Below, piece after piece: positions 57,713-64,000 of a stretch of 64,000 nucleotides of DNA. The first letter of the stretch is position 1; each line of letters begins with the position of its first letter. The stretch comes from Vicugna vicugna. Taxonomy: Eukaryota. The stretch is taken from positions 1,143,111 through 1,207,110 of the forward strand of contig MU058824.1 of assembly GCA_013265495.1 (NCBI GenBank), in the 5' to 3' direction. The notes under the pieces are model-generated. The model was not told the DNA's origin, did no database searches, and worked only from the letters and a program-made list of their open reading frames with translations. The position numbers were made by a program, and so were the translations under genes.

Positions 57713-58050
57713 TAAGCCAAAATGTTAATGATGAAGTGATAACTTTTTTCTTTTCTCTGATTCAAATTTTCAGGTCTGTGTTTATGTTATTTTGAGAAGC
57801 AAAGAGTTTGCTATGAACATATATATATATATAAATCAACACAAACAGCGAGTGATAGACCTGGTGCATGTTAGGCACACATTACCACTGAGCTCTACCC
57901 TCCCCCTAAGCCAAAATGTTAATGATGAAGTGATAACTTTTTTCTTTTCTCTGATTCAAATTTTCAGGTCTGTGTTTATGTTATTTTGAGAAGCAAAGAG
58001 TTTGCTATGAACATATATATATATATAAATCAACACAAACAGCAAGTGAT
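57664..58050. repeat. Tandem duplication, 2 x 193 bp with a single A spacer, 2 mismatches
   Basis: Copies at 57664-57856 and 57858-58050. Confidence 0.95.
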
Positions 58051-61000
58051 CAACTATCATAAGACTCACTGGAGAGATGCAAATTACCTAAAAACATGTC
58101 AAAGAAAGACTGCAAGCATCTGAGTAACTTGCAGTTGCAGAGAGGCAAATTATAATAAAAACAAGCTGAAGCAAATTCTCATGGCAGAGAAAGAGAGATA
58201 GAAAGAAAGAGAAAACCTTTCTGATGAAATGACCATAACAAAATATTTACTGTGTATAAAAGCAGCATGGTGTACAGGAAAGAGTACAGTCTGAAATGCT
58301 CAAATACAACAGGCCCAACATTCATTAACATCATGACCTCAGTTTCCTGGTCTGAAAAATGGAAACACAGAAGCTCTTCTATTTAAAAACTTTCATAGAT
58401 ACAAACTAAGTTCAAAGAATCCTGGTAATTCTGCCTACAAAGGCAGATGGTGTTAATGGTAACACACAATCATTTGAGTCTCAGTGATTGGACTACTGTC
58501 AGTCTATATCTGTTCTTTCTGAAGCAGTGTCCTCCTTTTACAATTGTACTTATGATTAAAAGATGAATGACAAAATAGTAACATCTCTGGATAATATCTA
58601 AGAGAGCTGAAAAGAATCCTGAGTGAGAACAAATGTCATCAAAATCTACAGTCATCTCCTGAGCACACTTGTCACCTGAACCAGGGAACAAACGGACTTA
58701 AATAGAAGTCTTTTGGAAATTAACTGGTACATAAGTAGGAAGCTTTTGTACCATTACACAACTATAATCCAAAATAGGTTATAAGAATTAAGTGAGACAA
58801 GGCAGGCAGAATGCCTGGCACATTCTTATAATAAATTCCATTCACATTGATAAAATGGTGCAAGGACCACTGAAACTTCAAGAAATGTCAGAGCAACCTG
58901 TGTATATATCCTGCAAGTCATAATTTTTTTAAGTTATAAATCATTCTTTATAATGTGGATTGCTCTCAGATTACCAAAATGAGGGAGCAGCTTTACAAAA
59001 GGCCAGATCTGATCTATAAAATTGAACCCATAAAGTCAATCAGACTTACTCCACTAGTATTTGAGAAAGTGTTTGTCTACGGCAAAAAGCCTACAAGTCA
59101 ATCAATCATAATCATAATCTTATGGATATCAAAAAAGGATATCCATAAGAAACCTACCTGTAGCATTTGGGCCAAAACTTTACAGCTAAACCTGCATCTA
59201 ATCAAAGTAGCAGTGACTCTTAATGTTTATGGAGATTGCTTGGATTTGACATTGAGAAAATTATGTTAAAAAAGGCATTAAATACTGTCCTAAGTACTGG
59301 AGTTAGACTGGGTCAAGACAGACTGTAAATCTGCAGAAGATTCCAAAAGTTTTTTTGAGCCAGTTCTAAGGGACAAGGCATTAAAATCTCTGAGAAACAC
59401 GCCAGCATCTGCCCTCAGTTCTAGAACCTGGGAACAAAGATGTGACCCAATCATTTGGTATCAAACCACAGTCCAACTGTTCAGAGAAAGCTGCATTATG
59501 TAAGCCATCATCAAGAAAGAAAAGCAAAAGGCATGACGTTTCTTGACATGAGCAGCAGGTTCTGTGATTTAAAGACACGTTCTCATAACAAAAGGGCCAT
59601 CCATCGGACACTGGCATTTTCAAAACCCACTTCACTAGACATGAACATACCTGATGCAATACAACGGTACTATAAGAATGGTACTGAATTCAGATAACTA
59701 TTTCAGCCAAGCCTAGGAGAAGCTTTCAACAAAGGTCTTCTGCACAGGAGCAGACTTCCCCACAGGAATAAGATTTATTTCCCTCTTGATTATTCTGACC
59801 ATGTCAGTTCCCCATTTAATTTCAACAACAAAATAAATCATCTAAAATTGTAACATAACCTAATTGTAAACAAGGCCTCTCAGTTACACCCAATTTCAAT
59901 TAAACCCAAAACTGTATCACCACCTTCCAAACTACTATAAGCCTACTTCTCTCAATCAATAAGCATTATACCAGGTCCTTTATCCAGCAATATAAAAAAA
60001 GACACAGACCTTCTCTTGAGGACTTTATAACCTAAAATTATTCCCCCTCCCTCCCACTTTCAGAACTCACTTTTCGTAAGCTCTGTGAAATTCAAGGTAA
60101 CTTCACTTAGGTAAGACACGCCATAACCCAGTTCCTCCCCTCTCCAAGTCCTTCACATTTAAAGTGTCATATAGGACACAAAATCTGGAATCAGACAAAT
60201 CAAAGTTCCTGCCTTAGTTCAGCCCAACCCTGAGAAATTCACCTAATCTTGCCGAGCATGTTTTTCCATCTTAAACTAAGTGGCTTATGACTTCACCAAC
60301 AGAATGCCTAGCCCTGGTGAGCATCCCATAATATTATTCCCCCTTATTCATACCACTTAGATTACCTTTCTGTTTCCAGTCACATATTAGACATTTTTTA
60401 GAACTGAGGAAAAAATAATAGTGGTTGATACATCCAAACCCCACATTTCAGAATAAGGAAATTAACTCTATAAAGAGTAACTTGCCAACTAAACAATATA
60501 AGCTTTTGCTTCCAGCCCTGGAGGAGTTGGGGGTCACAGCTTACAAAGAGAGCTTAACACTCACCTAATCCCCTTCTCTGCCCTTCTGAATTCTAGCCAT
60601 CCTTCAAAATCAGTTTAAGTTACAGTGTCCAGGAAGCCTCCCCTAGTCACTTCAGCCTAGACCTCCTCACTTCCCTCTTTGAACACTGATGCTTCTCTGC
60701 AGGAGTGATATTAAAAGTCTTAACAACTGGCACCACAACAGTACCAACCAATCAGAAAGGCTGTCTGACCAATCAAAACACATGTGGCCCAGGGGAAATT
60801 GCTGACTGGAGCAGCCCTCCTATTAATAACAATACAATACAGCAAAATCAAACTCCAATACAGCTTTCTCATTTGATGTTCACAATATCATGAATTAGGC
60901 TACCTATCATCCCTGCTTTCTGCATAACCAGAAGTCAAGCTGGGACTAATAACCAAATCTAACAACCAATTGCTTCTTTCACTATATCACATGACTTTTT

Positions 61001-62479
61001 CTGATTATATACAGAATTCTCAATTAATACTGTATAAACCGTACTTACATATAAAAGTGTAAATACTAAAGGAACATTCAAGTCACATGGAATTCATTTA
61101 ATCAACAAGCATTTAAGTGGAACAGAATATAAAACACAGTGCTAGTTCTAAAAGCATAAAGGAAATAAAAGGCATGACCTTTGACCTTTGGGTACTTAAA
61201 ACATGTTCAAGAGTATATTTAAATAACAGTGCAAGACAGTAGAAAAAAACAACACAAAGAGTAAGTGCTACACAGTTCAGGGAAATAAAAGGTTCACAAA
61301 CTAAAATAGTACAGAAGTCAGGACTGAGAACTTCTCTCCTCACACTCCCAAAAGGGGTAAAATTAAATATACAATGTAAAGGCCGAAAAATCAAGGGTTT
61401 CCAATACTGGGACGTGAGATATCTGGTTGGATACTTACTCAGAGATGGCCCTAATCACAATCCTCTGGGACTACTCTAAGTGGTGAATACAAATAGGAAT
61501 CCTGTAAACCCTTTGTGCGGACAGCTGTGGAAGATTAGCTTGGCAGGAGTCTAGAGAAAAGCCTAGGTGAGAGAAAGCACTGGAAAGCAAATGGATTTGA
61601 GGGATAACAGGCAGGAGACTAAACTGATGATTGCATACAAAGAAAGGAAGAAACATTCAAAGGGCATTAATGGAAAGAAGAGTTGCGTTTTAGGCATGTC
61701 TTTCAAGAAAAAGTTACAAAATGGCAGAAAAGAAGCAAAGAGCATTCTCACGTGAGATATATATGTAGACACAGTGGTACTAAATAAACTGTGTACCAGG
61801 GACAAGCAACCAATTTCCCTAGAGAAATCTATGTTGGAGAGGGCCGAAGCTGGGGAGAGAAATACTGACACCTGGACAATAAATGCAAATTCTTAAAAAG
61901 GAAGTCAAACTATAAATTTTAAAAAGCATTTGAGCTTCTTCGGAATGTATGAAAGGATGAAGTGAAACTGTCAACAGAACCAGGCAGATCAGTTGAGGCA
62001 GACTTAAGGATAACAGCAGCTGACTCAGCTTTGTACTGTATGCATGCCAGTGTAGTCTGTAAACTCCTCCAGGGCATGGAATAAGCAATGCTCTGTACAT
62101 CAATTAAGTCCAATACTGTTACTTGACTAAAGGAACACTTCATATGCTAAGCTCGGTGGAATAGAGTGAATTACATTATTCAAGCTAATAGTAGTGTGGA
62201 AATATTACTTATGCTTGATGCATAACTATACTGATTCTCCCACCTGTCCACACATTTATCTTAACCCCCTTCTCAGGCCAATGTCAAAAATTCATTGTTT
62301 CCTCCAATGTAGGCCCAGTGTGAAGGGACTCCAAGAATGTATTAGAAGTCAGAAAGAAGCCAACCTGATTTTCAAATTGTGAAGGCAAAATCTGAAAGTG
62401 AATAATGAAGATCAGTTACTCATTAGAGGGCTAAAAAAGAAAAATGGGCTTTGCCAGGCAGATAGGTGTCAATATATAT

Positions 62480-62690
62480 TAAGATGTATAGGTTTGGGAT
62501 ACACTGACCTCTCAGTGCAAATCCTAACTCCAGCTCTAGTAACTGAGAAATTAACCTCTCCACACCTCATTTTTTTTATCTATAAAATGGGACAAATACC
62601 ACTAGCCCTAAGGGTTTCGTTGTGAGGGTCAGTGAATGTACTATTTATGCATCTACATCATGTAAGCTCTTAATAGACAGTAGCTATTAG
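62480..62690 (+). mobile_element. MIR SINE
   Basis: caaatcctaactcc...taacctctccacacctcattttttt.atctataaaatggga...gttgtgagg. Confidence 0.65.
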
Positions 62691-63683
62691 CACCCTAAAT
62701 CTTGAGTTTTTTGTTTTAAAAACATTTGTTCAATTACAGAAACAGAAACGTACTTTCACTTCATTTTAGTTGCTTATACTAAGGCTCTATATTTTCAGTT
62801 TCCAGTATTATAGTTTGAATGTTAACAAAGTTTTTCACTCCTCCTTCACCGGGTAAGTAATTGACCACATACACCATCCTGATTTAGTATTTTGGAAAAC
62901 GTAGCAAACATTCTCCCTTGAAAACCAGCTATACAGACGACTGATTCAAACTACTGTCACTCAAGATACGGAACAACTCTAGTGATGTTCCTTCGAGGAG
63001 AAATAAAAGCATTTGATCAATTCACAGTCACTCCCATTCAAACGATTCAAACCCTGCAGAGCAAGCAAACGTTCAAGTTTCTACTATGAAAAAGATCTGT
63101 AGCTTTCTGGTTAGTGGATTCACTTCAACACTTCCCCAGACGCACGAAAAGAAGAAACACCTTAATGCCTCCTTGTCCTCACACAAAGCTTCGCAGCAGC
63201 TCCCTTTCCAAAGCCACCCCTGGCTGAAGAAGCAGCCGCTCTCGGCAGGGTCAGGCCAGCGCCGAAGGCCAGGGCGGCCCTGCTGACCCCGAGGGTCTCT
63301 GCCACACGTCGCCCCCTCCCAAGGCTGGGGGAGGCCCTGGAGGCTCAGAGCTCACAGCTCGCCCTGGAAGCCTTCTCCGACCCCTAACCCGCCCTGGAGT
63401 GCCTACGCGCTCGGGGTGCGGTGCCCAGGACAAAGCCACACCGCGCCTCGCGAGGGTCGGGGAGTAGCCCCAGCTGAGCCTATCCCGCCAGCCTCACACC
63501 CTCTGGCCCTCGGCCCGCGCCCAAACGCTCGCCGGAGGGCAGCCCACCACCCTAGACTGCTTCGCCCGACGCCACTTCCCCCGGGGAGCCTACAGCGCCG
63601 GCGGCCGCGGACTGCGGGACAAGTCCACCCGCGCTCGGACCCACGCCCCCGCCCCGCCTCCGCCCCCCGTCCGCGGCTCGCGT

Positions 63684-63866
63684 GGCGGCGGCCGGGCCAG
63701 GAAAGCTCGGCCCCGGCCCTAGCGCCGCCACCTGCGCCCCCGGCCCCGCGCCATGTTTGAGAAAGAGAAGGAGTAGGCGGGGGCCGGGCCAGGAAAGCTC
63801 GGCCCCGGCCCTAGCGCCGCCACCTGCGCCCCCGGCCCCGCGCCATGTTTGAGAAAGAGAAGGAGT
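63684..63866. repeat. Tandem duplication, 2 x 91 bp with a single A spacer, 1 mismatch
   Basis: Copies at 63684-63774 and 63776-63866. Confidence 0.95.
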
Positions 63867-63934
63867 GAGCCAGAGGCCGGGCCCAGCCCGCGCGCCCCGC
63901 AGCCGCCCGCCAGCCCTGCCGCGCCGACACTCAC

Positions 63935-64000
63935 CCGTCGTCTCCGGGACCAGCGTCGTCGCCGCCGCCAGCACGAGGAGGAGCAGCCTGGGACGTGGAG
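63935..64000 (-). CDS. TGFBR1: TGF-beta receptor type 1, exon 1 (partial; signal peptide; ATG beyond window end)
   Basis: Minus strand reads (A)PRPRLLLLVLAAATTLVPETT-G|GTGAGT; phase-1 donor at 63934-63933; matches the TGFBR1 signal peptide; lies in a CpG island. Confidence 0.95.

Larger units (their letters stand above)
63230..64000. promoter_or_regulatory. CpG island over TGFBR1 exon 1 and proximal intron 1, with GC boxes
   Basis: Sharp rise in GC content and CpG density from ~63230; CCCCGCCCC Sp1-type motifs near 63647-63668. Confidence 0.92.

Noticed and set aside
63416..63974. Pro/Arg/Gly-rich ORFs, including the 140-aa read-through of exon 1
   Set aside because: Stop-poor CpG-island DNA; the repeated peptide comes from the 91-bp duplication; exon 1 has a strong GTGAGT donor.

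Overview
Mammalian genomic DNA, most likely camelid (a tRNA-derived SINE resembling camelid Vic-1 is present). The window holds almost the whole TGFBR1 (ALK5) gene on the minus strand. Nine coding exons were read directly, with GT-AG boundaries and consistent phases; exon 1 is cut by the window end, so the ATG is missing. A long 3'UTR (~4.7 kb to the best distal AATAAA) is rich in miRNA seed matches, and a CpG island covers exon 1 and the start of intron 1. Positions 1-9140 are a dense, nested LINE-1 cluster with two N gaps. The introns carry L1, L2, CR1/L3, MIR, an LTR and DNA-transposon remnants. I found no evidence of a new biological system. The main points are a 12-nt tandem splice acceptor at exon 3, a very short signal-peptide Ala tract, a repeat-expanded last intron with an L1 5'UTR ~130 bp from exon 9, two 5'-inverted L1s, young insertions with target-site duplications (TSDs), and four near-identical tandem duplications that look like assembly artefacts. 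Repeat subfamily names and human comparisons are from memory, not from a search; most repeat boundaries are approximate.
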